In this document: one piece after another, positions 1-8,719 of the stretch
How the letters are laid out: each line of letters opens with the position of its first letter
How positions within the stretch are numbered: the first letter of the stretch is position 1
Source of the DNA: a virus
Taxonomy: Duplodnaviria > Caudoviricetes
IMG/VR virus record: IMGVR_UViG_3300009786_000019
Coordinates: 1-51,111 of that record
Strand: one strand, 5' to 3'
Length of the DNA stretch: 51,111 bases
Program-made: the position numbers and the translations under genes
Notes under the pieces: generated by a model
The model's database searches: none
Seen by the model: the letters and a program-made list of their open reading frames with translations, nothing else
Told to the model about the DNA's origin: nothing

Positions 1-123
1 GACAGTATTTGGCCGTTATCTTCCGATATGGTGACAATATACGGGACTTTTATCCCCGTAGGTTCGCCTTCTTCGTCCACATCTTCGTATCCTTCAAGGT
101 CTAAATTGGCGTGAACCTCTAAA
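1..123. repeat. Terminal direct repeat (copy 1), assembly overlap of a circular contig
   Basis: Identical to 50989-51111 (gacagtatttgg...gaacctctaaa). Confidence 0.95.
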
Positions 124-1058
124 ACCGTGCAATCGTAGTCATAATTGCTGGGTTCAACCCCATCAACATAGTCAATTTCTTTGCGAACCTCGTCAATGGA
201 CCCTTGGCCGGGTAAAACCTCAATATCTCGGTACTGTCCCCCAAGTTGTTTCTTCTTCAGATCGTTCAAAGACATGCGAACAACCTGCGTAATGTTCTCG
301 CAAGTGTCTAAATCCGACGTTTCATAGGGAACAACAAGGTTTTCCGCAGGTACAAACCTACTGACACAACGGCCCATCGCCTCATCATAGTAAATTTTCT
401 TAAAAGTGCTCCCTGCAAGCGGCAGATAGAACAACATCTGGTCCATGTCGGGGGTGTAATCCTCCATGACAGACGTTATGTAGTAGTTCATAAACTGCTG
501 AACTCGCCGGGCCTGATCCTTCTTCTCCAGCGTTTCTTCGCCCAAGACTTCTGTTTTTACAGGGCCACGGGAAGGCAATAATTCATTGAAAGCTTGCGCC
601 TGAAACTGCGTTGCAGCCTCCGCTAACAAGGGGTGGGTCACACCGCTGGAGCCTCGAAAGGGTTGTTCTCGCTCTTCGTAGTTAAAACCAAGCAGTTCCA
701 AGCCGTTTGCATACGCATCTTCCCAGTCGTGACGCCCCGCTTTGTTGGCATCAAACTGCTCAAGGAGATTGCTGGCAATGGCCCCCAGATCACGATCTGG
801 TATTTCTTCGGCTAAGTTGGCGTAAAAATCTTCGTTGGTGCCGCGATCATCGGTTGGATCAAAATCTACCGTAGCTCCGCCATCGGCTTCTAAAATAATT
901 TCAATAGAAGGCTCACCCTCAATATCCGACAGATTAACCAAAGGAGCTTGGGAATCGGGAATCTCTATCTCAAGTTCTGCCTCTAAATCTGCTTCATCCA
1001 GTTGTGACGGTACGTTGTTGTCCATCAACGAGCCACGGCCTCTTTGTTCCTCTGCCAT
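1..1058 (-). CDS. Portal protein, N-terminal part (joins 49602..50988 across the junction; about 814 aa in total)
   Basis: ATG at 1058 (MAEEQRG...), open through position 1; motifs HPLLAEAATQFQAQAFNELLP and LPLAGSTFKKIYYD; 1058+1387 nt = 815 codons. Absent from the ORF track. Confidence 0.85.
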   Translation of the reverse strand, partial: MAEEQRGRGSLMDNNVPSQLDEADLEAELEIEIPDSQAPLVNLSDIEGEPSIEIILEADGGATVDFDPTDDRGTNEDFYANLAEEIPDRDLGAIASNLLEQFDANKAGRHDWEDAYANGLELLGFNYEEREQPFRGSSGVTHPLLAEAATQFQAQAFNELLPSRGPVKTEVLGEETLEKKDQARRVQQFMNYYITSVMEDYTPDMDQMLFYLPLAGSTFKKIYYDEAMGRCVSRFVPAENLVVPYETSDLDTCENITQVVRMSLNDLKKKQLGGQYRDIEVLPGQGSIDEVRKEIDYVDGVEPSNYDYDCTVLEVHANLDLEGYEDVDEEGEPTGIKVPYIVTISEDNGQIL

Positions 1059-1061
1059 ACA

Positions 1062-2675
1062 TCACCTCTCCGGGTCTGTGCGATCCAGTATTATATCAAT
1101 CTGCTCTTGGATTTCAGGTTCTATGTCAGCGGCATCAGCAGTAGAGTTAACTGGCAACCCCGCCTCTCTCATTTGTTTGCTCAAAGCCGCCTTGTTTCTA
1201 ATGTTCTTTTCTGAACTTTTTCTCACGGGCTTGTCCATATCAAGTGTCCCTATTCCTTTTTCAGAAACTGTATCTGCTTGTTGTTGAGCCATAGCTTGTT
1301 CAGGTGTAAGTGTCGCTGCCCCAACCGCCGCCGCCAAAGGAATTGCCAATTTATATTTTCTAGCAATAGAAATAATCGCTGGATCATAAACCACCATGTT
1401 TTTAGTTTTTCCAGTCTTCGCGGTTCTTGAAAGGCGATCATTGTACTGGGCACCTTTTATGCCTTTCTTCGCCAACTCAATAGACAAAATATTTTCTACC
1501 CCAAATCCTAGATCAAAGGCTTGGCTCAAATCTTCAAAGCTTCTGTCTTGAGCAAGTAAAGCTTCTGTCAGACCTCTTCGTAAATTTTCTATTGGCATAT
1601 CTACCAAAGAATTTTTTAATTTTTCATTTGCTGGGCTTGGGACGCCAAACTCTTCCGCTACATCTTGTTTTTTCAAAATGCTTAAACCAACGTTAACTAG
1701 CCGTTCTTTTGGCAAGCTGTCTAAACTTCCATCGACAACGTCGATAATAGCATTTTTTACGTTTTGGGACTGGTTTATCAGGGTAGCATCATAATCTGCC
1801 AATAAATTAGGATCTACTTCAACATCGACATCATATCCGTAAGCCTTTGCCTTTCCCATAGGGATCATACGTGCGGCATTACCCTCCTCGTTGTACTTGA
1901 TGACGTAAGCTGATCCATCTTCAAACTCCAATCTTGTTAGGTTTTCTCGACCAAATTGGCGTGTAGTATCTACCACATTGGAACCAATCTCACCCTCACC
2001 TATCATTTCATCAACAAAGGCAGAAAAATTTTCTTGTGGAGCATCAGGCCCCTGCCTAAATTGAGGATCGTTTGGCCGCATGTCACCAAAACCAAACTGA
2101 TCTTCCAAATCTGCTGCCATTGAACCCTCTGGGGGCGGTTGTCGCTCGGCTTTCATTGTCGCCATCTGGCGATAATATTCGTCTACCTCTGCTGCCTTTG
2201 GATCGGACAGAAAAACACCTTGACCTTGAACATTTGCACCTTCCCCGGTTTTTATTGTTGTTGGATCAAGTTTAAATTCTTCAAAGCTATGGGGACTAGA
2301 GTGTTTGCGACGAAAAATCTGTTCAATGCCCTCTTTAGGAGCACCGCTTCCAATAGTAGACTTTGTTCCTCTGAAAATTTTTGGTAACTTTGCTGCAAAA
2401 CCCACCAAAGGAATTCCCCCCAATAGCTGTAAACCGCCATCAAGATATTCGCCCTCTAGCAAATTTTTATAAAGAGAGGGGTACCGCTCCCCGCTTCGTA
2501 ACATTTTACTAAAAGAAGTTTTTTTATCTGGCGAGGCTGGCCAAAAACCAAATAAATCTGCTATGCCTCCGGCACCTGTCATCAATCCTGCAAATTGACT
2601 AATCTCTGCTGGAGTATAGTTTTGAGCAATACGAGAAGTGTCTTGTACTAAGGATTGAATATACGGGTCAGACAT
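1062..2675 (-). CDS. Accessory protein with ADP-ribosyltransferase-like (ART-PolyVal-like) motifs
   Basis: HSSPHSFEEF..KTGEGANVQGQGVFLS and GIKGAQY..KNMVVYDPAIISI resemble the HGSPH..F..GTGEG.Q..G.G.YF and GI.G..Y..NYVVFD motifs. Confidence 0.55.
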   Translation of the reverse strand: MSDPYIQSLVQDTSRIAQNYTPAEISQFAGLMTGAGGIADLFGFWPASPDKKTSFSKMLRSGERYPSLYKNLLEGEYLDGGLQLLGGIPLVGFAAKLPKIFRGTKSTIGSGAPKEGIEQIFRRKHSSPHSFEEFKLDPTTIKTGEGANVQGQGVFLSDPKAAEVDEYYRQMATMKAERQPPPEGSMAADLEDQFGFGDMRPNDPQFRQGPDAPQENFSAFVDEMIGEGEIGSNVVDTTRQFGRENLTRLEFEDGSAYVIKYNEEGNAARMIPMGKAKAYGYDVDVEVDPNLLADYDATLINQSQNVKNAIIDVVDGSLDSLPKERLVNVGLSILKKQDVAEEFGVPSPANEKLKNSLVDMPIENLRRGLTEALLAQDRSFEDLSQAFDLGFGVENILSIELAKKGIKGAQYNDRLSRTAKTGKTKNMVVYDPAIISIARKYKLAIPLAAAVGAATLTPEQAMAQQQADTVSEKGIGTLDMDKPVRKSSEKNIRNKAALSKQMREAGLPVNSTADAADIEPEIQEQIDIILDRTDPER

Positions 2676-2687
2676 CGGGACCTACTG

Positions 2688-4142
2688 TCAGTAATACATT
2701 TTCATTTTAACAGACTCAGCTTCCGCTTCCTCGTCCCAATCGTCACTTGGCAACTGTACAAAGTTACCCTGCCGATAGCGCATCAGCGCCTGAGTCATGC
2801 TATCCACTAAATCGTCATGCTCCCCGTTGGGGAAAGCCGCGACTTCTTCAATCAGTTCTTCTGCAAAAGCGGTGTCCGGATACCATACCATACCCGATTC
2901 AAATAAAGGAGAAACAGAATGAACCCTCGTGATCTTATCATTACCCCTAGAAGGCGTAAAGTTCACTACCGGTATACCCATCTGCCGCATTTCCTGCGTC
3001 AACGGCGTACCACTGGCCTTGGCCTCAACAATTACAGTATCGGGGTCCCAGAACTTATACTCATCAAACGCCATCTGTTTAAGCTCAGGAAAATCCCATC
3101 GACCTTTTTTACTGTCTAGTAAAATTAATCCGGGGGTCCCTGACTCGTTCGGGTAAAAAACACCCCACGTCGTAATCGCACTATAGTCGGCTGTCTCGCG
3201 CTTACTAAACGCGGTGTCATAACTCTGGATCACATAATTAAGATTCGGAACCTCTTCCTTATCCCACATCTGCCACCACTCGCGCTTGATAATCGCACCC
3301 TCTTCGTTCGTCGGATTCTGCTGATACTGCGCGTTCCACTTGCCCAAAGGTATTGATGCGCGAACCGCGTTCAAATCATCAAGACTCCAGAACTCAGGCC
3401 AACACGGCGTACCATCTTCAAAAATTGCCGGAAGCTCTACAATTTCCCACTGATCCGCTAAAGGATCTTTCGCCATTGCACGTAATAACTGGCCCGTCAT
3501 ATCCTTCTCAGACCAGCGCGTCTGCACCAGAACTATCGAACCACCGGGCTGTAACCGCTGCCGAGGACCACCCGTGTACCAATCCCACGCATCCTCAAAC
3601 CCAGAAGCCGACATCGCCGTCTGCTCCGAATGCGGATCGTCAATAATAATTAGATCACCACCACGTCCCGCTAAGTTAGAACCAACGCCCACGGCATAGT
3701 ACATGCCACCCGAACTCGTGTCCCACCGACCAGATGCCTTACTGTCAGCCGCTAACTTTACGTTGGAAAAAATTTCTTTGTACTCGTCCGAATCCAAAAG
3801 ATTCTTTGTCTTACGACCAAAGTTCACCGCAAGCTCTGTCGTATGCGTCGCCTGAAGTATCTTCATTCGCGGATTACGGCCCATCATCCACGCAGGAAAA
3901 AGAAAAGATGCAAACTCACTTTTCGTGTGCCGTGGAGCCATGTTGATGATCAATCGCTTTAAATCACCACTAGCCACGCGCTCAAGCTTTTCCGCAATAA
4001 TTTGATGATGACGACCAGCAATAAAGTCCGGCCACATGTTCTTTACAAAAACTAAAAAATTTTCCTTACACGTTTCGTTTTTTTCAATTTGAGCCAAACG
4101 AAGTTGCAATTTTAGTTCTTGCTCACTGACCTCTACATCCAT
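2688..4142 (-). CDS. terL: Terminase large subunit
   Basis: Walker A variant MAPRHTKS, Walker B IIIDDP, C-terminal nuclease motif HDDLVDSMTQAL. Confidence 0.95.
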   Translation of the reverse strand: MDVEVSEQELKLQLRLAQIEKNETCKENFLVFVKNMWPDFIAGRHHQIIAEKLERVASGDLKRLIINMAPRHTKSEFASFLFPAWMMGRNPRMKILQATHTTELAVNFGRKTKNLLDSDEYKEIFSNVKLAADSKASGRWDTSSGGMYYAVGVGSNLAGRGGDLIIIDDPHSEQTAMSASGFEDAWDWYTGGPRQRLQPGGSIVLVQTRWSEKDMTGQLLRAMAKDPLADQWEIVELPAIFEDGTPCWPEFWSLDDLNAVRASIPLGKWNAQYQQNPTNEEGAIIKREWWQMWDKEEVPNLNYVIQSYDTAFSKRETADYSAITTWGVFYPNESGTPGLILLDSKKGRWDFPELKQMAFDEYKFWDPDTVIVEAKASGTPLTQEMRQMGIPVVNFTPSRGNDKITRVHSVSPLFESGMVWYPDTAFAEELIEEVAAFPNGEHDDLVDSMTQALMRYRQGNFVQLPSDDWDEEAEAESVKMKMYY

Positions 4143-4433
4143 CTGGGGGACCCTAAAGTATGCGACTTTAAACGATTTAATAAGATAGTTAATCGCGGGT
4201 CAAGGATCATATCATTTTTCTGGTGATTATTTGCGAAGAACATGGCCCTTGTACTCGACTGACAGCCGCCGGGTCGCGGCCCGCGATGCGCTGCGCGGGC
4301 TGGATTCGACGGTTTCGATTAGCCTCGATTGCCGGAGGACCCGTGGAAGTTACTTTTAACGTATGGACTATCCCGGCAGGCTGCGGTCTGCGACGAATCG
4401 GGGAATGTGGAAGTTAACGTGATCACTTCCAAC

Positions 4434-4536
4434 TGGTCCGGGGATCGTGGATCGTGGATCGTGGATCGTGGTCCGGGGATCGTTACCCAGGTGACCTGGG
4501 TAAAGTCTCATACCGGGAACCGGGAACCGGGAACCG
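4434..4536. repeat. Heptamer tandem repeats and palindrome (candidate pac/terminus region)
   Basis: (GGATCGT)x4 at 4442-4469; inverted repeat TTACCCAGGT-G-ACCTGGGTAA at 4483-4503; (ACCGGGA)x3 at 4512-4532. Confidence 0.7.
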
Positions 4537-4541
4537 CGAGC

Positions 4542-4569
4542 AAAAAAAAGCCCGCACGGCGGCGGGCTT
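4542..4569 (-). terminator. Rho-independent terminator
   Basis: GCCCGC/GCGGGC stem plus U-tract after ORF 4587..5309. Confidence 0.85.
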
Positions 4570-4586
4570 GGGTAGATCGGGGAAGG

Positions 4587-5309
4587 TTACCAACTATGCT
4601 GAATATCCCCGTGCAACATCTTAGTACCGCTGGCCGTGGTTAGATCCGCGTGATCTCGCAGCGCGGACCAGTCATCGTCATCGGCGGACATCCCCTCGTG
4701 ATTGATCCATTCGCCCGAATACCAGTCCACGCCCGTGTATTCATCAAAGCCCGGACCAGTGGATGCGCTGAACATTGCGGTTTCAAATATAGAGCAGTCG
4801 CAATAATCGTCGATCCGGAATAGCTGCGCGTCGGTGTACCCGCCGCGAACGTCGGCACCATTATGGATTTGGATTAGTTCGTAAGTATCCCCGTCTGAAT
4901 TTTCCAACGTTTGCCCCTGTAAGACCTGACTTAAAATGCTGTCATGGTTGTACGTGTTCCATCCTTGCCCGGTAGGTGATAACCCGTGATCCTCCAGCCA
5001 AGCGCATTGGTCCGCGCTGGTACCGTAAAAATCCCCGTGCCAGTCGTCACAATCTAACGCATTGAATTCCTGCGCGGTGTCGTCCAGTTGAAACGCGCCA
5101 GAGGTGAGAAAATGAAACACACTAATTTCCGCCTCTGGGTAGTCCGGTTCCAGAATGAGAGACGCGTCCGGCTCATTCTGGAAGTCCACAATGGTTCGCT
5201 TTTGATTGTGCTGCCAATGTCTACCCGAACCGCCGCCACTGTCTAGAAAATGCGTTCCGGTACTCTCGGTTAACATCTCAAAAATTACCTTTTCTATTTC
5301 ACTTGTCAT
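4587..5309 (-). CDS. Acidic hypothetical early protein
   Basis: 240-aa ORF with its own promoter, SD and terminator. Confidence 0.75.
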   Translation of the reverse strand: MTSEIEKVIFEMLTESTGTHFLDSGGGSGRHWQHNQKRTIVDFQNEPDASLILEPDYPEAEISVFHFLTSGAFQLDDTAQEFNALDCDDWHGDFYGTSADQCAWLEDHGLSPTGQGWNTYNHDSILSQVLQGQTLENSDGDTYELIQIHNGADVRGGYTDAQLFRIDDYCDCSIFETAMFSASTGPGFDEYTGVDWYSGEWINHEGMSADDDDWSALRDHADLTTASGTKMLHGDIQHSW

Positions 5310-5326
5310 GCGTTGCCCCTTGGGCT

Positions 5327-5371
5327 GTTAGTTGAGATTACATTCTACCAATCTATATGGGATAAACGCAA
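5327..5371 (-). promoter_or_regulatory. Sigma70 promoter + operator + leader seed
   Basis: TTGCGT-18-(TGG)TAGAAT; TATGGGA at 5356-5362; leader TCAACTAAC at 5327-5335. Confidence 0.7.
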
Positions 5372-5455
5372 TGAAGGCCCCCGGTCACAGAACTGGTAGG
5401 TTTGGACCACGGCCCACGGCCCTTGGGCGGCTTGTTTAACTGTCAAACACGGAGC

Positions 5456-5483
5456 AAAAAAAAGCCCGCACGTGGCGGGCTTT
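5456..5483 (-). terminator. Rho-independent terminator
   Basis: GCCCGC/GCGGGC stem plus U-tract; nearly identical to 4542-4569. Confidence 0.85.
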
Positions 5484-5496
5484 GGGAAGGGTAGGA

Positions 5497-6087
5497 TTAG
5501 TAGATGAGGCGAGATTTAACCTCGACACTATCGAGCGCGTCCTTGATAAGGTCCTCGATTTTTTCTGTGGCGATAGTTTGTGCGTCCTCTTTTGCGGTAT
5601 CGATTGCTTCACAAATCAAAGTCTGCACATCGTCGCGATCAACTAGTGTGCCCTCAACTTGCATATCTATAATGCGCTCGCTAACAACTTCCTCGATATC
5701 ACCAAGATCATCTTCGATCATCGTCTGCACATCGTCCCGCTCTACAAAAAGACCTTCATTTTGAAATGATTCCAGTTGCTGGCTCACTTTGACATAAAGC
5801 CAGTCATCAAAATGCGGGATGCTCTCGAACAAATTATACATCTGCTCTCGATGCTCAAAGATTGAGTCATTGACAACCTGCCTTTGCGAATTGGTCTGCT
5901 CATCGACGATATTTTGTGCAGTTGATAACTGTTCCTTAAGTTCTTTCACACGATCCATTAACTGATCGCGTTGCAGTTTGATCAGGGCTGAATCGTCTTC
6001 CTCTTTAACCAGAGTCTCGCCAGAAAAATGAATTGTAGCGCTGGGCTGGTCCTGCTTTTCGTTTTGGTTTTCGTTTTGCTTTTCCAT
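5497..6087 (-). CDS. Acidic coiled-coil hypothetical protein
   Basis: ATG at 6087 after GAGGA; internal repeat EGLFVERDDVQTMI / EGTLVDRDDVQTLI. Confidence 0.7.
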   Translation of the reverse strand: MEKQNENQNEKQDQPSATIHFSGETLVKEEDDSALIKLQRDQLMDRVKELKEQLSTAQNIVDEQTNSQRQVVNDSIFEHREQMYNLFESIPHFDDWLYVKVSQQLESFQNEGLFVERDDVQTMIEDDLGDIEEVVSERIIDMQVEGTLVDRDDVQTLICEAIDTAKEDAQTIATEKIEDLIKDALDSVEVKSRLIY

Positions 6088-6100
6088 TTTAAATCCTCGT

Positions 6101-6168
6101 TTAGTTGAAAGGTGCAACATCATTGCTGCACGTATGCGATTTTAGCAACCAACCTTGTAAAAAGTAAA
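6101..6168 (-). promoter_or_regulatory. Sigma70 promoter + operator + leader seed
   Basis: TTTACT-18-TAAAAT; TATGCGA at 6133-6139; leader CTTTCAACTAA at 6101-6111. Confidence 0.65.
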
Positions 6169-6171
6169 GCC

Positions 6172-6197
6172 AAAAAAAAGCCCGCACGTGACGGGCC
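6172..6197 (-). terminator. Rho-independent terminator
   Basis: GCCCG stem plus U-tract. Confidence 0.8.
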
Positions 6198-6213
6198 TTC
6201 TCATGGTTAAGGT

Positions 6214-6615
6214 CTACAAACCGGCTTCTTCGTCTATTGTTCCGCACTCGTCCCTGTAGACGGGATGCCATAACGTCTTAATAGGATCGCCCGGTTTGTG
6301 AGAATCACGCGCCCCTTGCCGAAATTCTAACTCCTCGTCGTAACTCAATTCCCGGAAAAGCAACTTTTGGTATGGTATCTGCTCGACGAATGGCAGATTG
6401 TCAGGGCTTTCGCTACAACGTAGAAAACCAGCCGCGTATCCATCCCATCTATCCGCAGTAGCATCGTGACCCAATCGTGACCCGCCCTGTTCCCTTATAT
6501 GGTCTGCCTTTACGCTGCACACCTCGGCAATGTAATCCATCAATCCGGTCAATTGCTCCTCATCAATAATAGACTCGATAAGGTCAAATCGTTTGTTATT
6601 CTGCAATACGTTCAT
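6214..6615 (-). CDS. Hypothetical protein
   Basis: 133-aa ORF with GAGGG SD, followed by a terminator. Confidence 0.7.
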   Translation of the reverse strand: MNVLQNNKRFDLIESIIDEEQLTGLMDYIAEVCSVKADHIREQGGSRLGHDATADRWDGYAAGFLRCSESPDNLPFVEQIPYQKLLFRELSYDEELEFRQGARDSHKPGDPIKTLWHPVYRDECGTIDEEAGL

Positions 6616-6618
6616 CTT

Positions 6619-6756
6619 TCAACCCTCTTCGTCAGTAAGCAATATTTTTTTCAGGTCAGGGACGGTTAATCCGGTTTCGCATGACAAATCTAAAAGTGAC
6701 ATGTTCATGTTTCGATCATAAAACTCACGTATTTCTGCGGGTGTCATTTCATTCAT
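6619..6756 (-). CDS. 45-aa small protein, possible HTH-like DNA binder
   Basis: Hand-translated MNEMTPAEIREFYDRNMNMSLLDLSCETGLTVPDLKKILLTDEEG; GAGG SD; below the ORF-track cutoff. Confidence 0.65.
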   Translation of the reverse strand: MNEMTPAEIREFYDRNMNMSLLDLSCETGLTVPDLKKILLTDEEG

Positions 6757-6770
6757 CTTTCAAGCCTCGT

Positions 6771-6815
6771 CGTTAGTTGAAAGCTAAGAGTATGCGATTT
6801 AAGCAATAGACACAA
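6771..6815 (-). promoter_or_regulatory. Sigma70 promoter + operator + leader seed
   Basis: TTGTGT-17-TACTCT; TATGCGA at 6791-6797; leader GCTTTCAACTAACG at 6771-6784. Confidence 0.6.
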
Positions 6816-6818
6816 GCC

Positions 6819-6847
6819 AAAAAAAAGGCCCCCATGATGGAGGCCCT
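6819..6847 (-). terminator. Rho-independent terminator
   Basis: GGCCTCCAT/ATGGGGGCC stem plus U-tract. Confidence 0.8.
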
Positions 6848-6863
6848 GAAAGGTTGGTGAAGT

Positions 6864-8036
6864 TTACGCGGCGATTTTGTCGAGCAATGCCCCCGCTTTG
6901 CGTTCAAGATTAACTCGCGCATCCTGATGCGGAATATCTCGCGCAATGGCAGTGATACCTTGGGCCGCATCCCACACATTACGAATCGGCTTTTGCTCCT
7001 CCTGAATGTGCCGAGCCATTGCAGCCTTTGCCATTCTGGCAGATAACCCGCCACGCTTAGTTAGAAACTCCAACGCATCGTCATCATCCTTGGCGATCTT
7101 CGCATCACGTGCCGCCTCGACTCCCGCTAACAAGGTGCTAGTGGAATGATGACTGTAGGTTTCCAGTGCTGGTGCCATTTCATCATAGAACCGATAGACC
7201 GCATTCTTGGTATGCCTGATTTTGATTTCCTCAAAATTCTCGACGCCCCATAGGTTCCGGTTCTGGCAGACCCCGCGCAAGTACATACAGGCAAGCCCGG
7301 CAGTTTTAGAACCTACCTCACTGTTCCACCAGTAAAATCCACGGAACACTAGATCAGGTTCGCCATTCGGAAGTTTGCCTATTTCAATGGGGTTCAAATC
7401 ATCGCAGAGAAAACCGAACATATCCCGGTCACTCGCAAACAAAGTGCTACCCGTGCTGGAATGCGGGTTATACGTGCCATTAACTGACATGCTGCCGGGC
7501 ACTTTCCACTGGCCCTCATTAGCTACCTTGACTACCGGCGCTAACATTTCACGATTCAAAATGCGGCCATAGTCTGGACCAGTGGCAGCCCGTAGATTAC
7601 CGCCGTCACGATGATCATACGTCTTGATGATTTCGCGGCCCCGGTTATGGCGTAATCCCCACGTCAAACAATCCGCAGCTAATGGTGCGGGCAGGTCTTT
7701 TATGTATCCCGCTGGGGCACCCGCTAGGGTTGCCAGTTGACCGGCTGACCAGTTGGTAGGTTCGCTGCTGATTACGGCACCCGTCTTAGGGCAGTCATAC
7801 TCTACGCGCAGTTCACCTTGACTGATGTTCTCTTGGTCAAATTTCCCGACGATGTTGAGTTTATGTGTATCAACTACGCGACTGGTCATACCTTGGCAAT
7901 CGGTATTAGCAAAGGCTACCAGTTCTTCCAACGTATCAAACCGCTCATCTTCCGGGCGGTTAGCGTAATTGCTGGCAAGGTGTGAACCTTCACTACTGAT
8001 GCCGTGCTGTATTGCTGATGTTTTATATGCATCCAT
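6864..8036 (-). CDS. DUF932-family protein
   Basis: NSEVG..LRGVCQN..IRHT motifs; ATG at 8036 after GAGGA. Confidence 0.7.
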   Translation of the reverse strand: MDAYKTSAIQHGISSEGSHLASNYANRPEDERFDTLEELVAFANTDCQGMTSRVVDTHKLNIVGKFDQENISQGELRVEYDCPKTGAVISSEPTNWSAGQLATLAGAPAGYIKDLPAPLAADCLTWGLRHNRGREIIKTYDHRDGGNLRAATGPDYGRILNREMLAPVVKVANEGQWKVPGSMSVNGTYNPHSSTGSTLFASDRDMFGFLCDDLNPIEIGKLPNGEPDLVFRGFYWWNSEVGSKTAGLACMYLRGVCQNRNLWGVENFEEIKIRHTKNAVYRFYDEMAPALETYSHHSTSTLLAGVEAARDAKIAKDDDDALEFLTKRGGLSARMAKAAMARHIQEEQKPIRNVWDAAQGITAIARDIPHQDARVNLERKAGALLDKIAA

Positions 8037-8058
8037 TTTGTAAATCCTCAAATTAAAA

Positions 8059-8125
8059 GTTAGTTGAATACCGGCAATAAAAAAACCGATATGCGAATCA
8101 TCCCATACCGGTTTATTTTTATCAA
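8059..8125 (-). promoter_or_regulatory. Promoter overlapping a palindromic operator/terminator hairpin, plus leader seed
   Basis: TTGATA-17-GATGAT; TATGCGA-ATCA-TCCCATA at 8090-8107; seed at 8059-8068. Confidence 0.6.
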
Positions 8126-8140
8126 CTACTTTTTGAAAAG

Positions 8141-8263
8141 TTATCTGTTTCGTTTACGGACCCTTTTTCTTTTCGGGGGCCTTTTCACAATATCTACCTG
8201 ATCCATCCTTTCTATCTCTTCCTTTGAGTAAAACAATCGTGCAATCCACGTCAAAAAAAACAT
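8141..8263 (-). CDS. 40-aa small protein with a basic C-terminus
   Basis: Hand-translated MFFLTWIARLFYSKEEIERMDQVDIVKRPPKRKRVRKRNR; GGAG SD; own promoter. Confidence 0.65.
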   Translation of the reverse strand: MFFLTWIARLFYSKEEIERMDQVDIVKRPPKRKRVRKRNR

Positions 8264-8277
8264 ACGTGCTCCGTCAA

Positions 8278-8321
8278 TTAGTTGAGCATGTATTGTATAG
8301 GAAATTATGGGATTTAATCAA
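8278..8321 (-). promoter_or_regulatory. Sigma70 promoter + tandem operator + leader seed
   Basis: TTGATT-18-TACAAT; TATAGGA at 8296 and TATGGGA at 8306; TCAACTAA at 8278-8285. Confidence 0.7.
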
Positions 8322-8719
8322 GGACTATCAGTGATTGCTTTGAACACTTCGTCGAAATGAAACGGTTGTGGCTGGTGCAAATAGGGCTTTAGCCTGACCC
8401 CCACTTCTGCCAGTTCAATAGCGTCCTGCGCTTGATACAAAAAAAGTTCTGCGGGTGTCTCTGAATTTTTTTGTTTGCGAATGAGAACCCATGCACTCCC
8501 GTGGGCATGGCGGGTTAACCAACTAATCTGGTGCGGGCGTAACCCTACCTTGTATGCCGTGATGACTTTGAGTTCAATGAAATGAAAAAGACCCTGCCTG
8601 TCACAGACACAAAGATCAGGTACACCGGCGGTAGCGGTACTTTCAATCCTAGTGGATTTCAGCCCCATCGTTGATGTCTTTAACCACCGTCTTATCTGGT
8701 TCCAAAAGTCCTTTTCCAA
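8318..8719 (-). CDS. PD-(D/E)xK nuclease (VRR-NUC/Holliday junction resolvase-like)
   Basis: GVPDL..FIELK..LRPHQISW motif. Confidence 0.8.
   Translation of the reverse strand: MEKDFWNQIRRWLKTSTMGLKSTRIESTATAGVPDLCVCDRQGLFHFIELKVITAYKVGLRPHQISWLTRHAHGSAWVLIRKQKNSETPAELFLYQAQDAIELAEVGVRLKPYLHQPQPFHFDEVFKAITDSP

Noticed and set aside
4223-4643. Plus-strand ORFs over the repeat field
   Set aside because: They run through heptamer repeats and a terminator, with no convincing SD or protein-like sequence.
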